Assembly (NCBI GenBank): GCA_964057225.1
Contig: OZ059896.1
Coordinates: 2,728,001 to 2,792,000 of the forward strand
Direction: 5' to 3'
Length of the DNA: 64,000 bases
Source: Auanema rhodensis
Lineage: Eukaryota > Animalia > Nematoda
The position numbers and the translations under genes were made by a program. The notes below the pieces were generated by a model. It was not told the DNA's origin and made no database searches. It saw nothing but the letters and a program-made list of their open reading frames with translations. This document shows, in pieces, positions 31,101-45,400 of this stretch (positions within the stretch are counted from its first letter, which is position 1; the number at the start of each line of letters is the position of its first letter).

Positions 31101-34100
31101 AAGCGAGTTACATACCTAGTGCACATCACGTGTACATTTAATTAGCATAAATTAAAGTTCATGTAAATTTCAAAGTCATGGTTAGCATGCACCAATATCA
31201 ATAAAAATTTGTTTTTAAACTAATATGGACATGGGGAATCTATTTTTGAAAACCGTATCTCTTTATCTTTCACGTGAAGCGAGTTACATACCTAGTGCAC
31301 ATCACGTGTACATTTAATTAGCATAAATTAAAGTTCACGTAAATTTCAAAGTCATGGTTACCATGAACCAATATCAATAAAAATTTGTTTTTAGACTAAT
31401 ATGGACATGGGGAATCTAATTTTGAAAACCGCATCTCTTTATCTTTCACGTGAAGCGAGTTACATACCAAGTGCACATCACGTGTACATTTAATTAGCAT
31501 AAATTAAAGTTCACGTAAATTTCAAAGTCATGGTTACCATGAACCAATATCAATAAAAATTTGTTTTTAGACTAATATGGACATGGGGAATCTAATTTTG
31601 AAAACCGCATCTCTTTATCTTTCACGTGAAGCGAGTTACATACCTAGTGCACATCACGTGTACATTTAATTAGCATAAATTAAAGTTCACGTAAATTTCA
31701 AAGTCATGGTTACCATGCACCAATATCAATAAAAATTTGTTTTTAGACTAATTTGAACATGGGGAATCTAATTTTGAAAACCGCATCTCTTTATCTTTCA
31801 AGTGAAGCGAGTTACATATCTAGTGCACATCACGTGTACATTTAATTAGCATAAATTAAAGTTCACGTAAATTTCAAAGTCATGGTTACCATGAACCAAT
31901 ATCAATAAAAATTTGTTTTTAGACTAATTTGAACATGGGGAATCTAATTTTGAAAACCGCATCTCTTTATCTTTCAAGTGAAGCGAGTTACATACCAAGT
32001 GCACTTCACGTGTACATTTAATTAGCATAAATTAAAGTTCACGTAAATTTCAAAGTCATGGTTACCATGAACCAATATCAATAAAAATTTGTTTTTAGAC
32101 TAATTTGAACATGGGGAATCTAATTTTGAAAACCGCATCTCTTTATCTTTCAAGTGAAGCGAGTTACATACCAAGTGCACATCACGTGTACATTTAATTA
32201 GCATAAATTAAAGTTCACGTAAATTTCAAAGTCATGGTTACCATGAACCAATATCAATAAAAATTTGTTTTTAAACTAATATGGACATGGGGAATCTAAT
32301 TTTGAAAACCGTATCTTTTTATCTTTCACGTGAAGCGAGTTACATACCTAGTGCACATCACGTGTACATTTAATTAGCATAAATTAAAGTTCACGTAAAT
32401 TTCAAAGTCATGGTTACCATGCACCAATATTAATAAAAATTTGTTTTTAGACTAATATGGACATGGGGAATCTAATTTTGAAAACCGCATCTCTTTATCT
32501 TTCACGTGAAGCGAGTTACATACCAAGTGCACATCACGTGTACATTTAATTAGCATAAATTAAAGTTCACGTAAATTTCAAAGTCATGGTTACCATGAAC
32601 CAATATCAATAAAAATTTGTTTTTAAACTAATATGGACATGGGGAATCTAATTTTGAAAACCCTATCTTTTTATCTTTCACGTGAAGCGAGTTACATACC
32701 TAGTGCACATCACGTGTACATTTAATTAGCATAAATTAAAGTTCACGTAAATTTCAAAGTCATGGTTACCATGAACCAATATCGATAAAAATTTGTTTTT
32801 AGACTAATATGGACATGGGGAATCTAATTTTGAAAACCGCATCTCTTTATCTTTCACGTGAAGCGAGTTACATACCTAGTGCACATCACGTGTACATTTA
32901 ATTAGCATAAATTAAAGTTCACGTAAATTTCAAAGTCATGGTTACCATGCACCAATATTAATAAAAATTTGTTTTTAGACTAATATGGACATGGGGAATC
33001 TAATTTTGAAAACCGCATCTCTTTATCTTTCACGTGAAGCGAGTTACATACCAAGTGCACATCACGTGTACATTTAATTAGCATAAATTAAAGTTCACGT
33101 AAATTTCAAAGTCATGGTTACCATGAACCAATATCAATAAAAATTTGTTTTTAGACTAATATGGACATGGGGAATCTAATTTTGAAAACCGCATCTCTTT
33201 ATCTTTCACGTGAAGCGAGTTACATACCAACTGCACATCACGTGTACTTTTAATTAGCATAAATTAAAGTTCACGTAAATTTCAAAGTCATGGTTACCAT
33301 GAACCAATATCAATAAAAATTTGTTTTCAGACTAATTTGGACATGGGGAATCTAATTTTGAAAACCGCATCTCTTTATCTTTCAAGTGAAGCGAGTTACA
33401 TACCAAGTGCACATCACGTGTACATTTAATTAGCATAAATTAAAGTTCACGTAAATTTCAAAGTCATGGTTACCATGAACCAATATCAATAAAAATTTGT
33501 TTTTAGACTAATATGGACATGGGGAATCTAATTTTGAAAACCGCATCTCTTTATCTTTCACGTGAAGCGAGTTACATACCTAGTGCACATCACGTGTACA
33601 TTTAATTAGCATAAATTAAAGTTCACGTAAATTTCAAAGACATGGTTACCATGAACCAATATCAATAAAAATTTGTTTTAAACTAATATGGACATGGGTA
33701 ATCTAATTTTGAAAACCGCATCTCTTTATCTTTCACGTGAAGCGAGTTACATACCAAGTGCACATCACGTGTACATTTAATTAGCATAAATTAAAGTTCA
33801 CGTAAATTTCAAAGACATGGTTACCATGAACCAATATCAATAAAAATTTGTTTTAAACTAATATGGACATGGGTAATCTAATTTTGAAAACCGCATCTCT
33901 TTATTTTTCACGTGAAGCGAGTTACATACCAAGTGCACATCACGTGTACATTTAATTAGCATAAATTAAAGTTCACGTAAATTTCAAAGTCATGGTTACC
34001 ATGCACCAATATCAATAAAAATTTGTTTTTAGACTAATATGGACATGGGGAATCTAATTTTGAAAACCGCATCTCTTTATCTTTCACGTGAAGCGAGTTA

Positions 34101-37100
34101 CATACCAAGTGCACATCACGTGTACATTTAATTAGCATAAATTAAAGTTCACGTAAATTTCAAAGTCATGGTTACCATGAACCAATATCGATAAAAATTT
34201 GTTTTTAGACTAATATGGACATGGGGAATCTAATTTTGAAAACCGCATCTCTTTATCTTTCACGTGAAGCGAGTTACATACCTAGTGCACAACACGTGTA
34301 CATTTAATTAGCATAAATTAAAGTTCACGTAAATTTCAAAGTCATGGTTACCATGAACCAATATCAATAAAAATTTGTTTTTAGACTAATATGGACATGG
34401 GGAATCTAATTATGAAAACCGCATCTCTTTATCTTTCACGTGAAGCGAGTTACATACCAAGTGCACATCACGTGTACATTTAATTAGCATAAATTAAAGT
34501 TCACGTAAATTTCAAAGTCATGGTTACCATGCACCAATATTAATAAAAATTTGTTTTTAGACTAATATGGACATGGGGAATCTAATTTTGAAAACCGCAT
34601 CTCTTTATCTTTCACGTGAAGCGAGTTACATACCAAGTGCACATCACGTGTACATTTAATTAGCATAAATTAAAGTTCACGTAAATTTCAAAGTCATGGT
34701 TACCATGAACCAATATCAATAAAAATTTGTTTTTAGACTAATATGGACATGGGGAATCTAATTTTGAAAACCGCATCTCTTTATCTTTCACGTGAAGCGA
34801 GTTACATACCTAGTGCACATCACGTGTACATTTAATTAGCATAAATTAAAGTTCACGTAAATTTCAAAGTCATGGTTACCATGCACCAATATCAATAAAA
34901 ATTTGTTTTTAGACTAATTTGAACATGGGGAATCTAATTTTGAAAACCGCATCTCTTTATCTTTCAAGTGAAGCGAGTTACATATCTAGTGCACATCACG
35001 TGTACATTTAATTAGCATAAATTAAAGTTCACGTAAATTTCAAAGTCATGGTTACCATGAACCAATATCAATAAAAATTTGTTTTTAGACTAATTTGAAC
35101 ATGGGGAATCTAATTTTGAAAACCGCATCTCTTTATCTTTCAAGTGAAGCGAGTTACATACCAAGTGCACTTCACGTGTACATTTAATTAGCATAAATTA
35201 AAGTTCACGTAAATTTCAAAGTCATGGTTACCATGAATCAATATCAATAAAAATTTGTTTTTAGACTAATTTGAACATGGGGAATCTAATTTTGAAAACC
35301 GCATCTCTTTATCTTTCAAGTGAAGCGAGTTACATACCAAGTGCACATCACGTGTACATTTAATTAGCATAAATTAAAGTTCACGTAAATTTCAAAGTCA
35401 TGGTTACCATGAACCAATATCAATAAAAATTTGTTTTTAAACTAATATGGACATGGGGAATCTAATTTTGAAAACCGTATCTTTTTATCTTTCACGTGAA
35501 GCGAGTTACATACCTAGTGCACATCACGTGTACATTTAATTAGCATAAATTAAAGTTCACGTAAATTTCAAAGTCATGGTTACCATGCACCAATATCAAT
35601 AAAAATTTGTTTTTAAACTAATATGGACATGGGGAATCTAATTTTGAAAACCGCATCTCTTTATCTTTCACGTGAAGCGAGTTACATACCTAGTGCACAT
35701 CACGTGTACATTTAATTAGCATAAATTAAAGTTCACGTAAATTTCAAAGTCATGGTTACCATGAACCAATATCGATAAAAATTTGTTTTTAGACTAATAT
35801 GGACATGGGGAATCTAATTTTGAAAACCGCATCTCTTTATCTTTCACGTGAAGCGAGTTACATACCTAGTGCACATCACGTGTACATTTAATTAGCATAA
35901 ATTAAAGTTCACGTAAATTTCAAAGACATGGTTACCATGAACCAATATCAATAAAAATTTGTTTTAAACTAATATGGACATGGGTAATCTAATTTTGAAA
36001 ACCGCATCTCTTTATCTTTCACGTGAAGCGAGTTACATACCTAGTGCACATCACGTGTACATTTAATTAGCATAAATTAAAGTTCACGTAAATTTCAAAG
36101 TCATGGTTACCATGCACCAATATCAATAAAAATTTGTTTTTAAACTAATATGGACATGGGGAATCTAATTTTGAAAACCGTATCTCTTTATCTTTCACGT
36201 GAAGCGAGTTACATACCTAGTGCACATCACGTGTACATTTAATTAGCATAAATTAAAGTTCACGTAAATTTCAAAGTCATGGTTACCATGAACCAATATC
36301 AATAAAAATTTGTTTTTAGACTAATATGGACATGGGGAATCTAATTTTGAAAACCGCATCTCTTTATCTTTCACGTGAAGCGAGTTACATACCAAGTGCA
36401 CATCACGTGTACATTTAATTAGCATAAATTAAAGTTCACGTAAATTTCAAAGTCATGGTTACCATGAACCAATATCAATAAAAATTTGTTTTTAGACTAA
36501 TATGGACATGGGGAATCTAATTTTGAAAACCGCATCTCTTTATCTTTCACGTGAAGCGAGTTACATACCAAGTGCACATCACGTGTACATTTAATTAGCA
36601 TAAATTAAAGTTCACGTAAATTTCAAAGTCATGGTTACCATGAACCAATATCGATAAAAATTTGTTTTTAGACTAATATGGACATGGGGAATCTAATTTT
36701 GAAAACCGCATCTCTTTATCTTTCACGTGAAGCGAGTTACATACCTAGTGCACATCACGTGTACATTTAATTAGCATAAATTAAAGTTCACGTAAATTTC
36801 AAAGTCATGGTTACCATGAACCAATATCAATAAAAATTTGTTTTTAGACTAATATGGACATGGGGAATCTAATTATGAAAACCGCATCTCTTTATCTTTC
36901 ACGTGAAGCGAGTTACATACCAAGTGCACATCACGTGTACATTTAATTAGCATAAATTAAAGTTCACGTAAATTTCAAAGTCATGGTTACCATGCACCAA
37001 TATTAATAAAAATTTGTTTTTAGACTAATATGGACATGGGGAATCTAATTTTGAAAACCGCATCTCTTTATCTTTCACGTGAAGCGAGTTACATACCAAG

Positions 37101-37300
37101 TGCACATCACGTGTACATTTAATTAGCATAAATTAAAGTTCACGTAAATTTCAAAGTCATGGTTACCATGAACCAATATCAATAAAAATTTGTTTTTAGA
37201 CTAATATGGACATGGGGAATCTAATTTTGAAAACCGCATCTCTTTATCTTTCACGTGAAGCGAGTTACATACCAAGTGCACATCACGTGTACATTTAATT

Positions 37301-39412
37301 AGCATAAATTAAAGTTCACGTAAATTTCAAAGTCATGGTTACCATGCACCAATATCAATAAAAATTTGTTTTTAGACTAATATGGACACGGAGAATCTAA
37401 TTTTGAAAACCGCATCTCTTTATCTTTCACGTGAAGCGAGTTACATACCAAGTGCACATCACGTGTACATTTAATTAGCATAAATTAAAGTTCACGTAAA
37501 TTTCAAAGTCATGGTTACCATGCACCAATATCAATAAAAATTTGTTTTTAGACTAATATGGACATGGGGAATCTAATTTTGAAAACCGCATCTCTTTATC
37601 TTTCAAGTGAAGCGAGTTACATACCAAGTGCACATCACGTGTACATTTAATTAGCATAAATTAAAGTTCACGTAAATTTCAAAGTCATGGTTACCATGCA
37701 CCAATATCAATAAAAATTTGTTTTTAGACTGATATGGACACGGAGAATCTAATTTTGAAAACCGCATCTCTTTATCTTTCACGTGAAGCGAGTTACATAC
37801 CAAGTGCACATCACGTGTACATTTAATTAGCATAAATTAAAGTTCACGTAAATTTCAAAGTCATGGTTACCATGCACCAATATCAATAAAAATTTGTTTT
37901 TAGACTAATATGGACATGGGGAATCTAATTTTGAAAACCGCATCTCTTTATCTTTCAAGTGAAGCGAGTTACATACCAAGTGCACATCACGTGTACATTT
38001 AATTAGCATAAATTAAAGTTCACGTAAATTTCAAAGTCATGGTTACCATGCACCAATATCAATAAAAATTTGTTTTTAGACTAATATGGACATGAGGAAT
38101 CTAATTTTGAAAACCGCATCTCTTTATCTTTCACGTGAAGCGAGTTACATACCAAGTGCACATCACGTGTACATTTAATTAGCATAAATTAAAGTTCACG
38201 TAAATTTCAAAGTCATGGTTACCATGCACCAATATCAATAAAAATTTGTTTTTAGACTAATATGAACATGGGGAATCTAATTTTGAAAACCGCATCTCTT
38301 TATCTTTCACGTGAAGCGAGTTACATACCAAGTGCACATCACGTGTACATTTAATTAGCATAAATTAAAGTTCACGTAAATTTCAAAGTCATGGTTACCA
38401 TGCACCAATATCAATAAAAATTTGTTTTTAGACTAATATGGACACGGAGAATCTAATTTTGAAAACCGCATCTCTTTATCTTTCACGTGAAGCGAGTTAC
38501 ATACCAAGTGCACATCACGTGTACATTTAATTAGCATAAATTAAAGTTCACGTGAATTTCAAAGTCATGGTTACCATGCACCAATATCAATAAAAATTTG
38601 TTTTTAGACTAATATGGACATGGGGAATCTAATTTTGAAAACCGCATCTCTTTATCTTTCAAGTGAAGCGAGTTACATACCAAGTGCACATCACGTGTAC
38701 ATTTAATTAGCATAAATTAAAGTTCACGTAAATTTCAAAGTCATGGTTACCATGCACCAATATCAATAAAAATTTGTTTTTAGACTGATATGGACACGGA
38801 GAATCTAATTTTGAAAACCGCATCTCTTTATCTTTCACGTGAAGCGAGTTACATACCAAGTGCACATCACGTGTACATTTAATTAGCATAAATTAAAGTT
38901 CACGTAAATTTCAAAGTCATGGTTACCATGCACCAATATCAATAAAAATTTGTTTTTAGACTAATATGGACATGGGGAATCTAATTTTGAAAACCGCATC
39001 TCTTTATCTTTCAAGTGAAGCGAGTTACATACCAAGTGCACATCACGTGTACATTTAATTAGCATAAATTAAAGTTCACGTAAATTTCAAAGTCATGGTT
39101 ACCATGCACCAATATCAATAAAAATTTGTTTTTAGACTAATATGGACATGAGGAATCTAATTTTGAAAACCGCATCTCTTTATCTTTCACGTGAAGCGAG
39201 TTACATACCAAGTGCACATCACGTGTACATTTAATTAGCATAAATTAAAGTTCACGTAAATTTCAAAGTCATGGTTACCATGCACCAATATCAATAAAAA
39301 TTTGTTTTTAGACTAATATGAACATGGGGAATCTAATTTTGAAAACCGCATCTCTTTATCTTTCACGTGAAGCGAGTTACATACCAAGTGCACATAACGT
39401 GTACATTTAATT
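37301..39412. repeat. Tandem duplication of a 6-monomer block (1056 bp)
   Basis: Same order of rare variants (CACGGAGA, TCAAGT, ACTGAT+CACGGAGA, TCAAGT, ATGAGG, TGAACAT) at 37301 and 38357; the spurious ORFs at 37651 and 38707 are 1056 apart. Confidence 0.9.
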
Positions 39413-42400
39413 AGCATAAATTAAAGTTCACGTAAATTTCAAAGTCATGGTTACCATGAACCAATATCAATAAAAATTTGTTTTCAGACTAATTTGGACA
39501 TGGGGAATCTAATGTTGAAAACCGCATCTCTTTATCTTTCAAGTGAAGCGAGTTACATACCAAGTGCACATCACGTGTACATTTAATTAGCATAAATTAA
39601 AGTTCACGTAAGTTTCAAAGTCATGGTTACCATGCACGAATATCAATAAAAATTTGTTTTCAGACTAATTTGGACATGGGGAATCTAATTTTGAAAACCG
39701 CATCTCTTTATCTTTCAAGTGAAGCGAGTTACATACCAAGTGCACATAACGTGTACATTTAATTAGCATAAATTAAAGTTCACGTAAATTTCAAAGTCAT
39801 GGTTACCATGAACCAATATCAATAAAAATTTGTTTTCAGACTAATTTGGACATGGGGAATCTAATTTTGAAAACCGCATCTCTTTATCTTTCAAGTGAAG
39901 CGAGTTACATACCAAGTGCACATCACGTGTACATTTAATTAGCATAAATTAAAGTTCACGTAAATTTCAAAGTCATGGTTACCATGAACCAATATCAATA
40001 AAAATTTGTTTTTAAACTAATATGGACATGGGGAATCTAATTTTGAAAACCGCATCTCTTTATCTTTCACGTGAAGCGAGTTACATACCTAGTGCACATC
40101 ACGTGTACATTTAATTAGCATAAAGTAAAGTTCACGTAAATTTCAAAGTCATGGTTACCATGCACCAATATCAATAAAAATTTGTTTTTAGACTAATATG
40201 GACATGGGGAATCTAATTTTGAAAATCGCATCTCTTTATCTTTCACGTGAAGCGAGTTACATACCAAGTGCACATCACGTGTACATTTAATTAGCATAAA
40301 TTAAAGTTCACGTAAATTTCAAAGTCATGGTTACCATGAACCAATATCAATAAAAATTTGTTTTTAGACTAATATGGACATGGGGAATCTAATTTTGAAA
40401 ACCGCATCTCTTTATCTTTCATGTGAAGCGAGTTACATACCAAGTGCACATCACGTGTACATTTAATTAGCATAAATTAAAGTTCACGTAAATTTCAAAG
40501 TCATGGTTACCATGCACCAATATTAATAAAAATTTGTTTTTAGACTAATATGGACATGGGGAATCTAATTTTGAAAACCGCATCTCTTTATCTTTCACGT
40601 GAAGCGAGTTACATACCAAGTGCACATCACGTGTACATTTAATTAGCATAAATTAAAGTTCACGTAAATTTCAAAGTCATGGTTACCATGAACCAATATC
40701 AATAAAAATTTGTTTTTAGACTAATATGGACATGGGGAATCTAATTTTGAAAACCGCATCTCTTTATCTTTCACGTGAAGCGAGTTACATACCAAGTGCA
40801 CATCACGTGTACTTTTAATTAGCATAAATTAAAGTTCACGTAAATTTCAAAGTCATGGTTACCATGAACCAATATCAATAAAAATTTGTTTTCAGACTAA
40901 TTTGGACATGGGGAATCTAATTTTGAAAACCGCATCTCTTTATCTTTCAAGTGAAGCGAGTTACATACCAAGTGCACATCACGTGTACATTTAATTAGCA
41001 TAAATTAAAGTTCACGTAAATTTCAAAGTCATGGTTACCATGAACCAATATCAATAAAAATTTGTTTTTAGACTAATATGGACATGGGGAATCTAATTTT
41101 GAAAACCGCATCTCTTTATCTTTCACGTGAAGCGAGTTACATACCAAGTGCACATCACGTGTACATTTAATTAGCATAAATTAAAGTTCACGTAAATTTC
41201 AAAGTCATGGTTACCATGAACCAATATCAATAAAAATTTGTTTTTAGACTAATATGGACATGGGGAATCTAATTTTGAAAATCGCATCTCTTTATCTTTC
41301 ACGTGAAGCGAGTTACATACCAAGTGCACATCACGTGTACATTTAATTAGCATAAATTAAAGTTCACGTAAATTTCAAAGTCATGGTTACCATGAACCAA
41401 TATCAATAAAAATTTGTTTTTAAACTAATATGGACATGGGGAATCTAATTTTGAAAATCGCATCTCTTTATCTTTCACGTGAAGCGAGTTACATACCAAG
41501 TGCACATCACGTGTACATTTAATTAGCATAAATTAAAGTTCACGTAAATTTCAAAGTCATGGTTACCATGAACCAATATCAATAAAAATTTGTTTTTAGA
41601 CTAATATGGACATGGGGAATCTAATTTTGAAAACCGCATCTCTTTATCTTTCACGTGAAGCGAGTTACATACCAAGTGCACATCACGTGTACATTTAATT
41701 AGCATAAATTAAAGTTCACGTAAATTTCAAAGTCATGGTTACCATGAACCAATATCAATAAAAATTTGTTTTTAGACTAATATGGACATGGGGAATCTAA
41801 TTTTGAAAACCGCATCTCTTTATCTTTCACGTGAAGCGAGTTACATAACTAGTGCACATCACGTGTACATTTAATTAGCATAAATTAAAGTTCACGTAAA
41901 TTTCAAAGTCATGGTTACCATGAACCAATATCAATAAAAATTTGTTTTTAAACTAATATGGACATGAAGAATCTAATTTTGAAAACCGCATCTCTTTATC
42001 TTACACGTGAAGCGAGTTACATACCTAGTGCACATCACGTGTACATTTAATTAGCATAAATTAAAGTTCACGTAAATTTCAAAGTCATGGTTACCATGAA
42101 CCAATATCAATAAAAATTTGTTTTTAGACTAATATGGACATGGGGAATCTAATTTTGAATACCGCATCTCTTTATCTTTCACGTGAAGCGAGTTACATAC
42201 CAAGTGCACATCACGTGTACATTTAATTAGCATAAATTAAAGTTCACGTAAATTTCAAAGTCATGGTTACCATGAACCAATATCAATAAAAATTTGTTTT
42301 TAGACTAATATGGACATGGGGAATCTAATTTTGAAAACCGCATCTCTTTATCTTTCACGTGAAGCGAGTTACATACCAAGTGCACATCACGTGTACATTT

Positions 42401-45400
42401 AATTAGCATAAATTAAAGTTCACGTAAATTTCAAAGTCATGGTTACCATGAACCAATATCAATAAAAATTTGTTTTTAGACTAATATGGACATGGGGAAT
42501 CTAATTTTGAAAACCGCATCTCTTTATCTTTCACGTGAAGCGAGTTACATACCTAGTGCACATCACGTGTACATTTAATTAGCATAAATTAAAGTTCACG
42601 TAAATTTCAAAGTCATGGTTACCATGAACCAATATCAATAAAAATTTGTTTTTAGACTAATATGGACATGGGGAATCTAATTTTGAAAACCGCATCTCTT
42701 TATCTTTCACGTGAAGCGAGTTACATACCAAGTGCACATCACGTGTACATTTAATTAGCATAAATTAAAGTTCACGTAAATTTCAAAGTCATGGTTACCA
42801 TGCACCAATATCAATAAAAATTTGTTTTTAGACTAATATGGACATGGGGAATCTAATTTTGAAAACCGCATCTCTTTATCTTTCACGTCAAGCGAGTTAC
42901 ATACCAAGTGCACATCACGTGTACATTTAATTAGCATAAATTAAAGTTCACGTAAATTTCAAAGTCATGGTTACCATGAACCAATATCAATAAAAATTTG
43001 TTTTTAGACTAATATGGACATGGGGAATCTAATTTTGAAAACCGCATCTCTTTATCTTTCACGTGAAGCGAGTTACATACCAAGTGCACATCACGTGTAC
43101 ATTTAATTAGCATAAATTAAAGTTCACGTAAATTTCAAAGTCATGGTTACCATGCACCAATATCAATAAAAATTTGTTTTTAGACTAATATGGACACGGA
43201 GAATCTAATTTTGAAAACCGCATCTCTTTATCTTTCACGTGAAGCGAGTTACATACCAAGTGCACATCACGTGTACATTTAATTAGCATAAATTAAAGTT
43301 CACGTAAATTTCAAAGTCATGGTTACCATGCACCAATATCAATAAAAATTTGTTTTTAGACTAATATGGACATGGGGAATCTAATTTTGAAAACCGCATC
43401 TCTTTATCTTTCAAGTGAAGCGAGTTACATACCAAGTGCACATCACGTGTACATTTAATTAGCATAAATTAAAGTTCACGTAAATTTCAAAGTCATGGTT
43501 ACCATGCACCAATATCAATAAAAATTTGTTTTTAGACTAATATGGACATGGGGAATCTAATTTTGAAAACCGCATCTCTTTATCTTTCACGTGAAGCGAG
43601 TTACATACCAAGTGCACATCACGTGTACATTTAATTAGCATAAATTAAAGTTCACATAAATTTCAAAGTCATGGTTACCATGCACCAATATCAATAAAAA
43701 TTTGTTTTTAGACTAATATGGACACGCAGAATCTAATTTTGAAAACCGCATCTCTTTATCTTTCACGTGAAGCGAGTTACATACCAAGTGCACATCACGT
43801 GTACATTTAATTAGCATAAATTGAAGTTCACGTAAATTTCAAAGTCATGGTTACCATGAACCAATATCAATAAAAATTTGTTTTTAAACTAATATGGACA
43901 TGGGGAATCTAATTTTGAAAACCGCATCTCTTTATCTTTCACGTGAAGCGAGTTACATACCTAGTGCACATCACGTGTACATTTAATTAGCATAAATTAA
44001 AGTTCACGTAAATTTCAAAGTCATGGTTACCATGCACCAATATCAATAAAAATTTGTTTTTAGACTAATATGGACATGGGGAATCTAATTTTGAAAATCG
44101 CATCTCTTTATCTTTCACGTGAAGCGAGTTACATACCAAGTGCACATCACGTGTACATTTAATTAGCATAAATTAAAGTTCACGTAAATTTCAAAGTCAT
44201 GGTTACCATGAACCAATATCAATAAAAATTTGTTTTTAGACTAATATGGACATGGGGAATCTAATTTTGAAAACCGCATCTCTTCATCTTTCACGTGAAG
44301 CGAGTTACATACCAAGTGCACATCACGTGTACATTTAATTAGCATAAATTAAAGTTCACGTAAATTTCAAAGTCATGGTTACCATGCACCAATATTAATA
44401 AAAATTTGTTTTTAGACTAATATGGACATGGGGAATCTAATTTTGAAAACCGCATCTCTTTATCTTTCAAGTGAAGCGAGTTACATACCAAGTGCACATC
44501 ACGTGTACACTTAATTAGCATAAATTAAAGTTCACGTAAATTTCAAAGTCATGGTTACCATGCACCAATATCAATAAAAATTTGTTTTTAGACTAATATG
44601 AACATGGGGAATCTAATTTTGAAAACCGCATCTCTTTATCTTTCACGTGAAGCGAGTTACATACCAAGTGCACATAACGTGTACATTTAATTAGCATAAA
44701 TTAAAGTTCACGTAAATTTCAAAGTCATGGTTACCATGCACCAATATCAATAAAAATTTGTTTTTAGACTAATATGGACATGGAGAATTTAATTTTGAAA
44801 ACCGCATCTCTTTATCTTTCACGTGAAGCGAGTTACATACCAAGTGCACATCACGTGTACATTTAATTAGCATAAAGTAAAGTTCACGTAAATTTCAAAG
44901 TCATGGTTACCATGCACCAATATCAATAAAAATTTGTTTTTAGACTAATATGGACATGGGGAATCTAATTTTGAAAATCGCATCTCTTTATCTTTCACGT
45001 GAAGCGAGTTACATACCAAGTGCACATCACGTGTACATTTAATTAGCATAAATTAAAGTTCACGTAAATTTCAAAGTCATGGTTACCATGAACCAATATC
45101 AATAAAAATTTGTTTTTAGACTAATATGGACATGGGGAATCTAATTTTGGAAACCGCATCTCTTTATCTTTCACGTGAAGCGAGTTACATACCAAGTGCA
45201 CATCACGTTTACATTTAATTAGCATAAATTAAAGTTCACGTAAATTTCAAAGTCATGGTTACCATGCACCAATATTAATAAAAATTTGTTTTTAGACTAA
45301 AATGGACATGGGGAATCTAATTTTGAAAACCGCATCTCTTTATCTTTCACGTGAAGCGAGTTACATACCAAGTGCACATCACGTGTACATTTAATTAGCA

